The notes beneath the pieces are model-generated. The model had not been told where the DNA came from. It saw only the letters and a list, made by a program, of their open reading frames with translations, and ran no database searches. A program made the translations under genes and the position numbers. DNA of 51,111 bases. Source: Escherichia phage tunus. Positions within the stretch are counted from its first letter, which is position 1, and the number at the start of each line of letters is the position of its first letter. Shown here piece by piece: positions 28,304-36,176 of the stretch. Where the stretch lies: sequence record NC_049816.1, one strand, 5' to 3'.

Positions 28304-28839
28304 TTTAAACACTCCACGCCGTGAGATTGCAGGTGAGCGTGTGGCTTGTCGTATTCCGTGACCTGATAGGTTGTGATCCCCAGGCTGCGGAAGTGCTTAA
28401 CCACGTTCGGCGAATCGTCAAAGGCGCAAACAATGCTGTCCAGGCCAATGGCGCGCAAGGCTTCTTCTTTAATAACCGTATCCTTTCGGTTGTCCTCCTG
28501 GCGGCGCATGATGATTTCGTCAAACTTCACACCGTTCTCATTCAACCATTTGCAGGTTTTATAGCGAACCTCGTCGCTACGTCCGGTCAAGATGACGATG
28601 GCAAATCCCGACACCCATAAACCGTTAATAACCGCGATAGTGCTTTTAATCGGTGAATCTCCGGCGGCGGCCCTGTTAAACTCGCGCCACGATTCCGTAA
28701 GGTGCAAGTTTTCAGTTGGCAGCAAATGCAAGCGATGCGATCCGTCCGATAATGTGCCGTCCAGGTCAACGATAACAATCGGCTTGCTGGTGATTAATTC
28801 GTACTTTTTGCCCCACAGTTCGAAAGTGTATTTTTTCAT
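28300..28839 (-). CDS. HAD-superfamily phosphatase (polynucleotide 3'-phosphatase / nucleotidase-like)
   Basis: 179 aa; HAD motif I IVDLDGTLSDG; ATGA-coupled to upstream gene. Confidence 0.7.
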   Translation of the reverse strand: MKKYTFELWGKKYELITSKPIVIVDLDGTLSDGSHRLHLLPTENLHLTESWREFNRAAAGDSPIKSTIAVINGLWVSGFAIVILTGRSDEVRYKTCKWLNENGVKFDEIIMRRQEDNRKDTVIKEEALRAIGLDSIVCAFDDSPNVVKHFRSLGITTYQVTEYDKPHAHLQSHGVECLK

Positions 28840-29045
28840 TGCATAGCCTCAATCTTTGCCGCCAGTTTATTTAACACGTTCGCCATGCGCCGTGCGCTCT
28901 CTGCCGAAAGTATTCCCCGAAAGTCTGGCATCCGCCCATATTCGAAAGTGCCATCTATGAAGATCTGATTTCCACGCTGATAAACGTCGATAGTGTCTCC
29001 GTAGTCGTCGGTGAATTTATATTTTGCTGTTTTGTTCTGTTCCAT
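28836..29045 (-). CDS. Hypothetical protein
   Basis: 69 aa, RBS GAGGAAG. Confidence 0.4.
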   Translation of the reverse strand: MEQNKTAKYKFTDDYGDTIDVYQRGNQIFIDGTFEYGRMPDFRGILSAESARRMANVLNKLAAKIEAMQ

Positions 29046-29047
29046 GA

Positions 29048-29275
29048 TTATTTCACTTCCTCAAAGGTTGCGATAAGGTCGGCGTAAGCGCAAATTTCGT
29101 TGCCACTTTGGCCGTTCAGGAACATGCGGAATCCCTGATTATTATTGACGTAAAACGATCCGGTTGATGTTCTCATCTTCTGCGCGGAGTAGATATTTCC
29201 CACCGTGAACATAAAGCCGCAACCTGGCGCTACACTGACGCACTTCATTTTCTTCTGGATGATTAAACTTTCCAT
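29048..29275 (-). CDS. Hypothetical protein
   Basis: ATG at 29275 with RBS GAGAGGGG. Confidence 0.4.
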   Translation of the reverse strand: MESLIIQKKMKCVSVAPGCGFMFTVGNIYSAQKMRTSTGSFYVNNNQGFRMFLNGQSGNEICAYADLIATFEEVK

Positions 29276-29305
29276 CGCGTTTCCCCTCTCGTTGAAAGTG
29301 AGGCC

Positions 29306-29350
29306 ATTATACCTGGCCCCACATTTGAGTTTTAACAATTCGTGCTATTT
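29306..29350 (-). promoter_or_regulatory. Phage promoter module (variant box + 18-bp spacer + TATAAT)
   Basis: Box variant AAATAGCACGAATTGTTAAAA; perfect -10. Confidence 0.5.
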
Positions 29351-30242
29351 ACACTTTGACCTTCCACTTAACCATCGTTCCGCGCTTGATGCTGATCTCA
29401 CCTGCAACGGTGCGGTTTTTTGCGCCGCCGTAGTGAAGCAGAAGAATAACAACGTCATCATGAATCTCGATCGTCTTTGGTGTAGCCGTTACTTCAAACC
29501 ACACACCATCATCAAGCCGGACTCCTTTTAGCGTGGCTGCAACTGGCATATCTTCAATTGCGCCCTGCGTTACGATTTCTTGATTTGCAAAGGCGCTCTT
29601 GTCAATACGCCAGCCTCCAGGCGCTTTCATTTCGGCAGCCGCTTTGTGGATCTCATCGCCAATGATTTTCTGAATTGACGTCTTACCGCCGCCGAATGGA
29701 GTTTCTCCAAATAAGTGTTTTGTAATGTCTTCCACGTAGTACACTTTATCTTTTTCGTTGTGCGGATTGAAATCGTTGTGAGCATTGACAAAGAAATCAA
29801 CTTTCAACCCTGATTTCTGACCATCGCTATAAACGCCATTGTCGCGTGATGTGAAGCGAATCGTTGAGTTACCAGTTGTGTGGAACGTGATCGGATACTT
29901 GATATTGTCCACACTTAAGCACCACAGCTTTTTGTAGTCGCAGGTTTTCATATTGACCATCGGAATCTCTGCGCGTTCCGGTGAGCGAACTGGTAACACC
30001 TGGCCCTTGTATGGCTTGTAGTGGAAGCTGGTATATCCTGGCATTGCGTAGCCATAGTCTTTAAGTGCGTTGTAGTGCTTGTTATGTGCATCAATGAAGT
30101 GTTCAATCTCCATGCTTGATGGCTCACGCTTGTAGCTATACAAATCAACCTTATGGCATGTTTTTTCATCGGTAAAAATGTAATGACCAATGCCGCGAGA
30201 TTCGAAGGTGATCGGGAATTTAATGTCAGCAAGTTTTAACAT
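29349..30242 (-). CDS. Hypothetical protein with internal N-terminal tandem duplication
   Basis: 297 aa, strong RBS AGGAGG; two homologous about 50-aa segments (IKFPITFESRG...IEHFIDAHN vs IKYPITFHTTG...VDFFVNAHN). Confidence 0.5.
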   Translation of the reverse strand: MLKLADIKFPITFESRGIGHYIFTDEKTCHKVDLYSYKREPSSMEIEHFIDAHNKHYNALKDYGYAMPGYTSFHYKPYKGQVLPVRSPERAEIPMVNMKTCDYKKLWCLSVDNIKYPITFHTTGNSTIRFTSRDNGVYSDGQKSGLKVDFFVNAHNDFNPHNEKDKVYYVEDITKHLFGETPFGGGKTSIQKIIGDEIHKAAAEMKAPGGWRIDKSAFANQEIVTQGAIEDMPVAATLKGVRLDDGVWFEVTATPKTIEIHDDVVILLLHYGGAKNRTVAGEISIKRGTMVKWKVKV

Positions 30243-30257
30243 TGTGTTTCCTCCTAA

Positions 30258-30440
30258 TTACTTAATTCTAACTTCAACGTCAATATCTGAGCTAGGGGCG
30301 AATAGCTGCGCCTTGCCATTTACACGAATGGTAAGAATGTTCTCTTTGCGGCAGTTATCCAGCACTAGGCGATATTTGCCAGCAAACTTAACCATCATTC
30401 CCGGCTTGACTTCGCTCATTTTGATGATCTTATCCATCAT
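30258..30440 (-). CDS. Hypothetical protein
   Basis: 60 aa, ATGATG start with RBS AAAGGGG; preceded by the 200-nt leader. Confidence 0.45.
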   Translation of the reverse strand: MMDKIIKMSEVKPGMMVKFAGKYRLVLDNCRKENILTIRVNGKAQLFAPSSDIDVEVRIK

Positions 30441-30636
30441 TAACCCCTTTCACATAAATAACCGTTTAATCTTTGGTGACGGGCTTCACTTCGTCGGTAG
30501 CCTCAGCTCAGTGACCTATCTAGCGTTCTGCCTGGTGGCGAGTGTGATAGTTCTGGCCTCACGGTTGGGAATCCTGACACTTCGATCAAGCCCCTGCGTT
30601 ACTCCTCTCCCGCAGCAATCCTTGCCGCCCGTCTAT
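30441..30636 (-). ncRNA. Candidate structured RNA / cis-regulatory leader (about 195 nt, GC-rich, no ORF)
   Basis: Lies between a promoter module and the 30440 start; no start-codon-initiated ORF on the transcribed strand; possible closing helix GACGGGC...GCCCGUC and internal hairpins. Confidence 0.3.
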
Positions 30637-30642
30637 GTGTGT

Positions 30643-30688
30643 ATTATGCCTGGTTATCGCTTTTGAGTTTTAACAAAAAGTGCTATTT
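30643..30688 (-). promoter_or_regulatory. Phage promoter module (box + 19-bp spacer + CATAAT)
   Basis: Exact box AAATAGCACTTTTTGTTAAAA on minus strand. Confidence 0.5.
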
Positions 30689-30872
30689 AGAATTTTACCT
30701 CTTCCACAAGCTCAACCATCTTGTAACCAAGACGATAAGAGTCACCGAACAACAAGATCCCCATAAATTCATCGTGGCTTATTGACTCTTTGCCAACCGT
30801 TCTAAGCTCGCCGTTGTGAATCACAGTATCGCCGATCTTGATTTCTGATTTATGGACTAATTTCGTTTTCAT
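30687..30872 (-). CDS. Hypothetical protein
   Basis: 61-aa ORF with weak Shine-Dalgarno GGGTGA. Confidence 0.4.
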   Translation of the reverse strand: MKTKLVHKSEIKIGDTVIHNGELRTVGKESISHDEFMGILLFGDSYRLGYKMVELVEEVKF

Positions 30873-30887
30873 TTATTCACCCGCTAA

Positions 30888-31073
30888 TTAAAAGAACGCT
30901 ACATAGTTTGCAATGCCTTTGGCGTCGTCGTTTGGCATTGCTTTTACAGCCAGGTCATAACCTGCCTCTACCTTCTGCTTTGCTGTTTCTTCGTTGTAGC
31001 CCCAGATAACCAGGATTTTAACTACGTTTTCTTTGTTCAGGACTTTAAGGTCTTTGGTGATGCGACGTGCCAT
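30888..31073 (-). CDS. Hypothetical protein
   Basis: 61 aa, RBS GAGGAAAC. Confidence 0.4.
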   Translation of the reverse strand: MARRITKDLKVLNKENVVKILVIWGYNEETAKQKVEAGYDLAVKAMPNDDAKGIANYVAFF

Positions 31074-31104
31074 TTTTGTTTCCTCAATCTCGTTTCGATG
31101 AGGC

Positions 31105-31150
31105 TATTATGCCAGGCTTCGCGCCTGGCGTTTTAACAAAAAGTGCTATT
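31105..31150 (-). promoter_or_regulatory. Phage promoter module (box + 19-bp hairpin spacer + CATAAT)
   Basis: Exact box; spacer palindrome CGCCAGGCgcgaaGCCTGGC; transcript would begin near CATCGAAACGAG. Confidence 0.5.
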
Positions 31151-31418
31151 TTGTCTCGACGGTCATATGTTCTGTCTTCGTGCCTTTGCCATTGCTTTTC
31201 GACACTTCCCAGCTAGTAGCGCCCTTGCAGTTGGTGAAGTAAACAGTGCGATCGTCATAGAATCGGTAAACGGTGCAACCGTCAGCGGTGAATAGCTCCC
31301 TTACGCTGTAGTCATCGCCAGGGTTAGCCATCTGCACATTGCCAACATGCGCGCCATCTTCTTTGCATCCGGTCAGGAATGCCATTGCCGCCAAAACGCT
31401 GATTAATGCCTTTTTCAT
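31146..31418 (-). CDS. Small lipoprotein, second candidate exclusion / surface lipoprotein
   Basis: 90 aa, RBS AAGAGGAAG; signal peptide MKKALISVLAAMAFLTGC with lipobox. Confidence 0.55.
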   Translation of the reverse strand: MKKALISVLAAMAFLTGCKEDGAHVGNVQMANPGDDYSVRELFTADGCTVYRFYDDRTVYFTNCKGATSWEVSKSNGKGTKTEHMTVETK

Positions 31419-31879
31419 TGCTCTTCCTCTTTGATGATTTCGCGGATCATATCCTGGTAGCGGCTTACGCCCTCACAAGCTCCAGCCAGTTTATCCCCTT
31501 CCAGGTCAACGATATTCGGGATTGCTGCCAGTATGCGATCGGCAAACTTTTTGATCGCCCTTGCCTTGATGGCTGGCAATTCTTCGGGTGTGATGATTTT
31601 CCTTTTCGATTCGCGGACCATGCGGAAAACGTAAAATTTATCATCTTCCGTTTCCTCTACCTTGATGCTTACCCGACCTGCGGCCCTTACTTCTGGAACG
31701 CGGTTGATAATGGTCCGGCTGTAGGATGAACTGCGCGTGATCTTGTAGCAGTCGTCACCGCTTAACATTCCGGCCAGGTCAATTAGTGACATTTTATACT
31801 CTTCAATATCGCCACTAGCCAGGCGGCGACCAAGCTCGCGAAGCCAATCGCAATAGTCCTTAGTGGTCTTCTGTTCCAT
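31415..31879 (-). CDS. Hypothetical early protein (first gene of leftward early unit)
   Basis: ATG at 31879 with RBS GGAGGAAAGG; the track's upstream ATG overlaps the promoter -10. Confidence 0.5.
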   Translation of the reverse strand: MEQKTTKDYCDWLRELGRRLASGDIEEYKMSLIDLAGMLSGDDCYKITRSSSYSRTIINRVPEVRAAGRVSIKVEETEDDKFYVFRMVRESKRKIITPEELPAIKARAIKKFADRILAAIPNIVDLEGDKLAGACEGVSRYQDMIREIIKEEEQ

Positions 31880-31910
31880 TTCCTTTCCTCCAGTTGTTGA
31901 CTGTTGGCGC

Positions 31911-31939
31911 ATTATAAAAGCTATTTGGTGCGTGTCAAT
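31911..31939 (-). promoter_or_regulatory. sigma70-type early promoter TTGACA-N17-TATAAT (leftward)
   Basis: Consensus hexamers; resembles the promoter at 1554-1581. Confidence 0.55.
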
Positions 31940-32374
31940 GTTTTTGTTGTATTCAAAACGTTACCAATATCGAAAAACTACAAAATCATGCGCAAGTTAT
32001 TGATTTCGCGGCTGTTATTTTTCTGTTCACTCTGTTAACGCAATCCGCCGGAAAAAGTATATATACATATGCAATCCGCCGCGCGCGCAACTATCCATAT
32101 ATACCCACACACAACCACACCATAACCAACAAAAAGCACTGTAACAGTGAGAACAAAAAGAAAACATTATAGATATATATAAATAAATAATCTTTATTTT
32201 CAATGTATTATAGAGGATTTTCTTTGTTTTTTCCGTTTTCGCTACACCGGAAAACCGCGCGGAAACACGCCGCCTGAAATCGGTAACAGGGGTGAACAAA
32301 AGACAACAACCACTGACAGCCAGGCGGAAAAGTGAGGCAAGAGGGGAAGGTTTCACTATCTCCCCTGCAACCAA

Positions 32375-32463
32375 TGATTAAACGTGATTACTTTTCTCAT
32401 CAAATTTGCAAAGGCAATCATCATTTTGACGTGATTTGATTACGAATGATTACTTTTGATTAT
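32375..32463. repeat. Phased GATTA(C) direct repeats (iteron-like)
   Basis: Five TGATTA/GATTAC copies at about 32376, 32386, 32438, 32448, 32458, the last three exactly 10 bp apart, just upstream of the rightward promoter module. Confidence 0.45.
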
Positions 32464-32491
32464 TTCGATCGCAATCCTGGCGATAACCGTC

Positions 32492-32537
32492 AAATAGCAC
32501 TTTTTGTTAAAACTCAGGCCACCTGATCGGGTACATT
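32492..32537 (+). promoter_or_regulatory. Phage promoter module (box + 19-bp spacer + TACATT)
   Basis: Exact box; transcript would start near the conserved CATCGAAACGAACC. Confidence 0.5.
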
Positions 32538-32577
32538 ACACACATCGAAACGAACCGCACTTACTGAGGACCAAACA

Positions 32578-32880
32578 ATGATTAACATGAACCTGTTCAC
32601 CGCTAAAGACCACGAGAATATGGCAGCACTGGCTGACCTGTTCGAAACAGCAGAAATGGCTGAACTGTTCATGACTGAGCATGAATTCCAGGACGGCATC
32701 AGCAATGCCATTGAAACAAATTTTGGCGACGCTCGCGTTACTGGTGCAATGTTTGCAAATATCGCGCGTAAATTCTTCCAGGCTTACCGCGACGCTCGCC
32801 ATGTAAAGGGCACGTTTGGATCTGCGAAAGACACCGCTGAAACTATCCGCGCTTACATTGAGCGCCACGCAAAACAATAA
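32578..32880 (+). CDS. Hypothetical acidic early protein (first gene of rightward early unit)
   Basis: 100-aa ORF with weak Shine-Dalgarno GAGGAC; Asp/Glu-rich N-terminal half. Confidence 0.5.
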   Translation: MINMNLFTAKDHENMAALADLFETAEMAELFMTEHEFQDGISNAIETNFGDARVTGAMFANIARKFFQAYRDARHVKGTFGSAKDTAETIRAYIERHAKQ

Positions 32881-32924
32881 ATAGCACTTTTTGTTAAAAG
32901 CTGATCGGGATAACCTGGTATAGT
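32879..32924 (+). promoter_or_regulatory. Phage promoter module (box + 19-bp hairpin spacer + TATAGT)
   Basis: Exact box; spacer palindrome GGGATAAC...GTTATCCC; followed by CATCGAAACGAACC. Confidence 0.5.
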
Positions 32925-32959
32925 TATCCCATCGAAACGAACCGCTCAGGAGATAGTAA

Positions 32960-33232
32960 ATGAACATCAGCAAAACCACTTTCAATTTCGCTAAGCGTCA
33001 CGGTCTTGATCTGACTGTTGAAGATTTTGGCGATGTTCTGCAACTCTGCATTTGGGAAGCAGATAACGATTGCGAGTGGCTTTGCTCTTATCGTATTAAC
33101 TACGATTGCTTGACCTGGCACGGCAATATCTATCTGCCGCAAGAAGTGAAAGAAGAATTGCCAGCGACTATCAACAACGAAGTTTTCTTGCGCCAGGTGC
33201 TGAAATTTATCAGTAAGGAGATCAAAAAGTAA
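32960..33232 (+). CDS. Hypothetical protein
   Basis: 90-aa ORF with weak Shine-Dalgarno AGGAGA close to ATG. Confidence 0.45.
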   Translation: MNISKTTFNFAKRHGLDLTVEDFGDVLQLCIWEADNDCEWLCSYRINYDCLTWHGNIYLPQEVKEELPATINNEVFLRQVLKFISKEIKK

Positions 33233-33498
33233 TGGCGGTGATTACCGAAAATGATTTGGATCTGGCGGAGGCGTTTTGCAGGGCCGCCAGGGCCAACCTG
33301 GATGTGGCTACTAAATTTCTTCCGGCGCGACCACTCTTTTCGTGTGCGCCCGTGAATAAACCGACTCGCGTAATGATCGTGATTGAAGGTGATGGCCTGT
33401 ACGCTGAAAAGACGTTCCACATCAGCAACATTAAGGGCCGTGCTGATTTTATCAATGATGTTTGCTTATTGCAGGAGAAGAAAAAATGTTGGATGTGA
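33232..33498 (+). CDS. Hypothetical protein
   Basis: 88 aa, RBS AAGGAG, TAATG overlap with upstream stop. Confidence 0.45.
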   Translation: MAVITENDLDLAEAFCRAARANLDVATKFLPARPLFSCAPVNKPTRVMIVIEGDGLYAEKTFHISNIKGRADFINDVCLLQEKKKCWM

Positions 33499-33695
33499 TC
33501 AAGAAAGCCCGTGAGATGGGTATGGATGTTTCAATCTGCGACGCTTCCGCGCGTCACCCGTCAGCACCTGAAAATATGGTTGTTGTCATCGTGCATAATC
33601 ACCGCTATGAGTGCCGTGCGATGTTTGAGAAGCAGGATAAAGAGTCTCAACGCTGCTTTATCAATGAAGTTTGCGATCTGTATGGTCGGATCTGA
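33486..33695 (+). CDS. Hypothetical protein
   Basis: ATG at 33486 with RBS AGGAGA. Confidence 0.4.
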   Translation: MLDVIKKAREMGMDVSICDASARHPSAPENMVVVIVHNHRYECRAMFEKQDKESQRCFINEVCDLYGRI

Positions 33696-33921
33696 AATGT
33701 TCAAGAAATTGTTATGGCTGTACCGCTCCAGGCGCAACAAGGGATATTGCAGGGGCACGGAAAGGAATCTTGACCGCGCTTATAAATACTGTCTGTTGTT
33801 GCTCGCCAGTCTGCCGGAAAACAGGAAGGAATATATTGCGCTGCGAGAAATAACAATGCGGATATATAGTTACAGAAATAAACTATACGTCTTTAAATCT
33901 TTACGATAAGGAGTAATAACC

Positions 33922-34185
33922 ATGAAAATTAATGCACCTATTCCAGTTAAGCGCAAAGCACGTTTGCTCAATAACGGATGTTACGCCCTGCGGCCTGCAT
34001 TTAAGGCTCGCACATTTCCGGTTATCGTTAACGTGTCTCACGTAAGCCGTAGCGGAAACCTGGTATTCGTTAAAGGTGAAGATCTGGCGGCGCTTGGATT
34101 CTATGGCGGTGCTCACGGAGAACCGCTCGGATTCTGGCTTGTAGATCCGTTAACTGGAGAGCGTGAAATCGAATTTCTGGACTAA
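33922..34185 (+). CDS. Hypothetical protein
   Basis: 87 aa, RBS AAGGAG; about 225 bp of low-coding-potential sequence upstream. Confidence 0.45.
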   Translation: MKINAPIPVKRKARLLNNGCYALRPAFKARTFPVIVNVSHVSRSGNLVFVKGEDLAALGFYGGAHGEPLGFWLVDPLTGEREIEFLD

Positions 34186-34229
34186 ATAGCACTTTTTGTT
34201 AAAAACGATGCGCTGCTGATTGGTATAGT
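34184..34229 (+). promoter_or_regulatory. Phage promoter module (box + 19-bp hairpin spacer + TATAGT)
   Basis: Exact box; spacer palindrome GATGCGCT...AGCGCATC. Confidence 0.5.
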
Positions 34230-34260
34230 AAGCGCATCGACAACAAACGAGGATTTAAAG

Positions 34261-34458
34261 ATGGAAAATCAGGTTGATGTTAAAGTTGTTAAGCGCGACA
34301 AGTCTCACGAAAAAGGTTTGTTTAAGAAAGGTGCTGAAATCACCATTGACCTTGATGATATGGAGGCGTATCACTCAGGGCTAACTTGGAACGTTCGCAA
34401 ATGTGAAAACGGCCTGTTCAAGTTAAATGGCTTTGAAACATACATGGAGATCATTTAA
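34261..34458 (+). CDS. Hypothetical protein
   Basis: 65 aa, RBS GAGGA. Confidence 0.45.
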   Translation: MENQVDVKVVKRDKSHEKGLFKKGAEITIDLDDMEAYHSGLTWNVRKCENGLFKLNGFETYMEII

Positions 34459-34670
34459 TGGCAAAGCAATTAAAACTTAAATGCGTAGAAACTTATAACT
34501 CAATTTGGAAATTCACGCGCGAAAAAGAATATCCACTAATGGGAAATCTCAAAGAAGATCCTCATGTAATTTCAGATAATGGTCTTCACCTTTATTTGAT
34601 GGAATACAACGATGGCTATATTGGTGCTGGTGTTCCTGGACATAAATTTAAGCTGAAAAATAAGAAATGA
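34458..34670 (+). CDS. Hypothetical protein
   Basis: 70 aa, TAATG overlap with upstream stop. Confidence 0.45.
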   Translation: MAKQLKLKCVETYNSIWKFTREKEYPLMGNLKEDPHVISDNGLHLYLMEYNDGYIGAGVPGHKFKLKNKK

Positions 34671-34778
34671 GGCTATTTATTTTCAAAAACGCTTGGATGG
34701 TTGCGGTTGCAAATGACCATTACGGCGGCGACGGAAAAAGAGCACGACGCCATTCATATTTCAATTGAGGATATTTAA

Positions 34779-35006
34779 ATGAAAGCAAAAGTTTTAAACA
34801 TTGTGTCAACTATTGACGCCCATCACCGCGTGGCTGTAAAACTTGATAAGTCTTGTGGAATTAGCCAAATCACTATCACCGAGGGTAAAGGCGGCTATCT
34901 TATTGGTATCCATCCAGGCGGTAAGGTGCGCAAATACAATAAAGATCAGTTAAAAGAATTACTGGAAGAAAACGCTTTCTATATTCAAAGTTGGCGTGCT
35001 CTTTAA
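34779..35006 (+). CDS. Hypothetical protein
   Basis: 75 aa, RBS GAGGA. Confidence 0.45.
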   Translation: MKAKVLNIVSTIDAHHRVAVKLDKSCGISQITITEGKGGYLIGIHPGGKVRKYNKDQLKELLEENAFYIQSWRAL

Positions 35007-35048
35007 TTAATATGGCGGCGTTTTGCCGCCTTTTAAATGAGGTGGAAA

Positions 35049-35165
35049 ATGATAGATAAGGCTATTGATTTCTTTTTTTATTCGATTATTGGCGCGGTTG
35101 GCTTTTTGGTTACTGCTGCTGGCCTGGCTATTATCTTGGCTGTTATTAAGGGGATTATGCGATGA
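35049..35165 (+). CDS. Small hydrophobic peptide (38 aa, single transmembrane helix)
   Basis: ATG at 35049 with RBS GAGGTGG; ATGA overlap with next gene; below track cut-off. Confidence 0.3.
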   Translation: MIDKAIDFFFYSIIGAVGFLVTAAGLAIILAVIKGIMR

Positions 35166-35386
35166 GTCAAGACGGATTTTTTGAGCGCCTTCAAATGGCA
35201 GAAGATGCCGGACTAAATAAAGAGGCGGCGCTTGAAGTGGCATATAAAATTAAGACTCTTGATGAGGCTTTAGGTGATATGGATATGGATCTTGAATCAA
35301 GCGCAATATTTGCAGATCCCACTATGATTGTTAATGATTGTGGATGCGATTTCGATCCTGGTTGTCCGCGCTGTTTTCCGTTTTGA
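35162..35386 (+). CDS. Acidic protein with C-terminal Cys4 zinc-ribbon-like motif
   Basis: 74 aa, Asp/Glu-rich; C-terminal CGCDFDPGCPRC. Confidence 0.45.
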   Translation: MSQDGFFERLQMAEDAGLNKEAALEVAYKIKTLDEALGDMDMDLESSAIFADPTMIVNDCGCDFDPGCPRCFPF

Positions 35387-35396
35387 GGTAATGACG

Positions 35397-36107
35397 ATGT
35401 ATAAAGGTTTAATATTCTCCCTATTTGATGGATCTGGTAAAGCCGTTAAAGATTGGGCTGATAATGGCTATAAGTGCATTTGCTTTAATGCTGACGGCGG
35501 CGATCACGGTGATTACCAGTCAGTGCGCATACAGCATGAGAATATCGAATACGTTAACGTCTGGATTGATGATGCTTTTTATGTTAAGGCAATCAATAAT
35601 GAGTGGGGCAATCCTGATTTTATTATGGCCTTCCCACCATGCACCGACCTTGCAAATAGCGGATCTCGCCATTGGGCTAAAAAGCGCCTTAAAAATCCAT
35701 CTTTCCAGGATGAGGCCGCCGACACTTGCAGAATCGCGGCTGATATAGCTGATTATTTCGGTGTTCCATACATGATCGAAAATCCGGTTGGCAAGTTGTC
35801 AACGTTATGGCGAAAGCCTGATTATACGTTCCATCCGTGCGATTACGCTAGCTATCTGCCGGAAGATGATAAACATCCCGACTTCCCTGATATTATTCCG
35901 GCGCGGGATCGCTATTTTAAGAAAACATGCCTCTGGACTGGCAACGGCTTTGTTATTCCTCCACGCGCTTTAATCCTGCCGAAAGAGAAAGACAAAGATA
36001 ATCCAGGCTGGGCCAAAACTGGCGGCAATTCATCGCGCACAAAGATGATCCGCTCCCTCACTCCGCGCGGCTTTGCTCGCGCCGTCTTTGAGTCAAACTC
36101 AAAATAG
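35397..36107 (+). CDS. DNA cytosine-C5 methyltransferase-like protein (short, core motifs only)
   Basis: ATG at 35397 with RBS GAGGT; motif I-like FSLFDGSG, motif IV-like FPPC, motif VI-like ENPVGKL in canonical order and spacing; no obvious target-recognition domain. Confidence 0.55.
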   Translation: MYKGLIFSLFDGSGKAVKDWADNGYKCICFNADGGDHGDYQSVRIQHENIEYVNVWIDDAFYVKAINNEWGNPDFIMAFPPCTDLANSGSRHWAKKRLKNPSFQDEAADTCRIAADIADYFGVPYMIENPVGKLSTLWRKPDYTFHPCDYASYLPEDDKHPDFPDIIPARDRYFKKTCLWTGNGFVIPPRALILPKEKDKDNPGWAKTGGNSSRTKMIRSLTPRGFARAVFESNSK

Positions 36108-36147
36108 CACTTTTTGTTAAAAGCCAGGTGTAAAAACCTGGCATAAT
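36102..36147 (+). promoter_or_regulatory. Phage promoter module (box + 19-bp hairpin spacer + CATAAT)
   Basis: Exact box; spacer palindrome CCAGGtgtaaaaaCCTGG. Confidence 0.5.
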
Positions 36148-36176
36148 CACATCAAACAAACAAAGGAGATCTGATC

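Noticed and set aside
30441-30640. tRNA or small protein gene in the 200-nt leader
   Set aside because: No tRNA-like D or T arm and no cloverleaf; the only stop-free frame has no start codon.
30190-30666. Plus-strand 158-aa ORF spanning the GC-rich leader
   Set aside because: Antisense to two well-supported minus-strand genes, no RBS, and it crosses a promoter module; its apparent openness reflects the local GC richness.
31879-31912. Longer N-terminus (start at 31912) for the first leftward early gene
   Set aside because: That ATG overlaps the -10 hexamer of the promoter that must drive the gene; the downstream ATG at 31879 has a strong RBS.
32027-32985. Minus-strand ORFs 32027..32374 (115 aa) and 32536..32985 (149 aa)
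   Set aside because: The first lies inside the low-complexity control region R2 and is Cys/Leu/Tyr low-complexity; the second is antisense to two plus-strand genes with RBS and promoter modules.
33698-33909. Basic 70-aa ORF in the 225-bp gap before 33922
   Set aside because: No convincing Shine-Dalgarno and low-complexity composition; the gap, which also holds a CCGGAAAAC box, more likely is regulatory.
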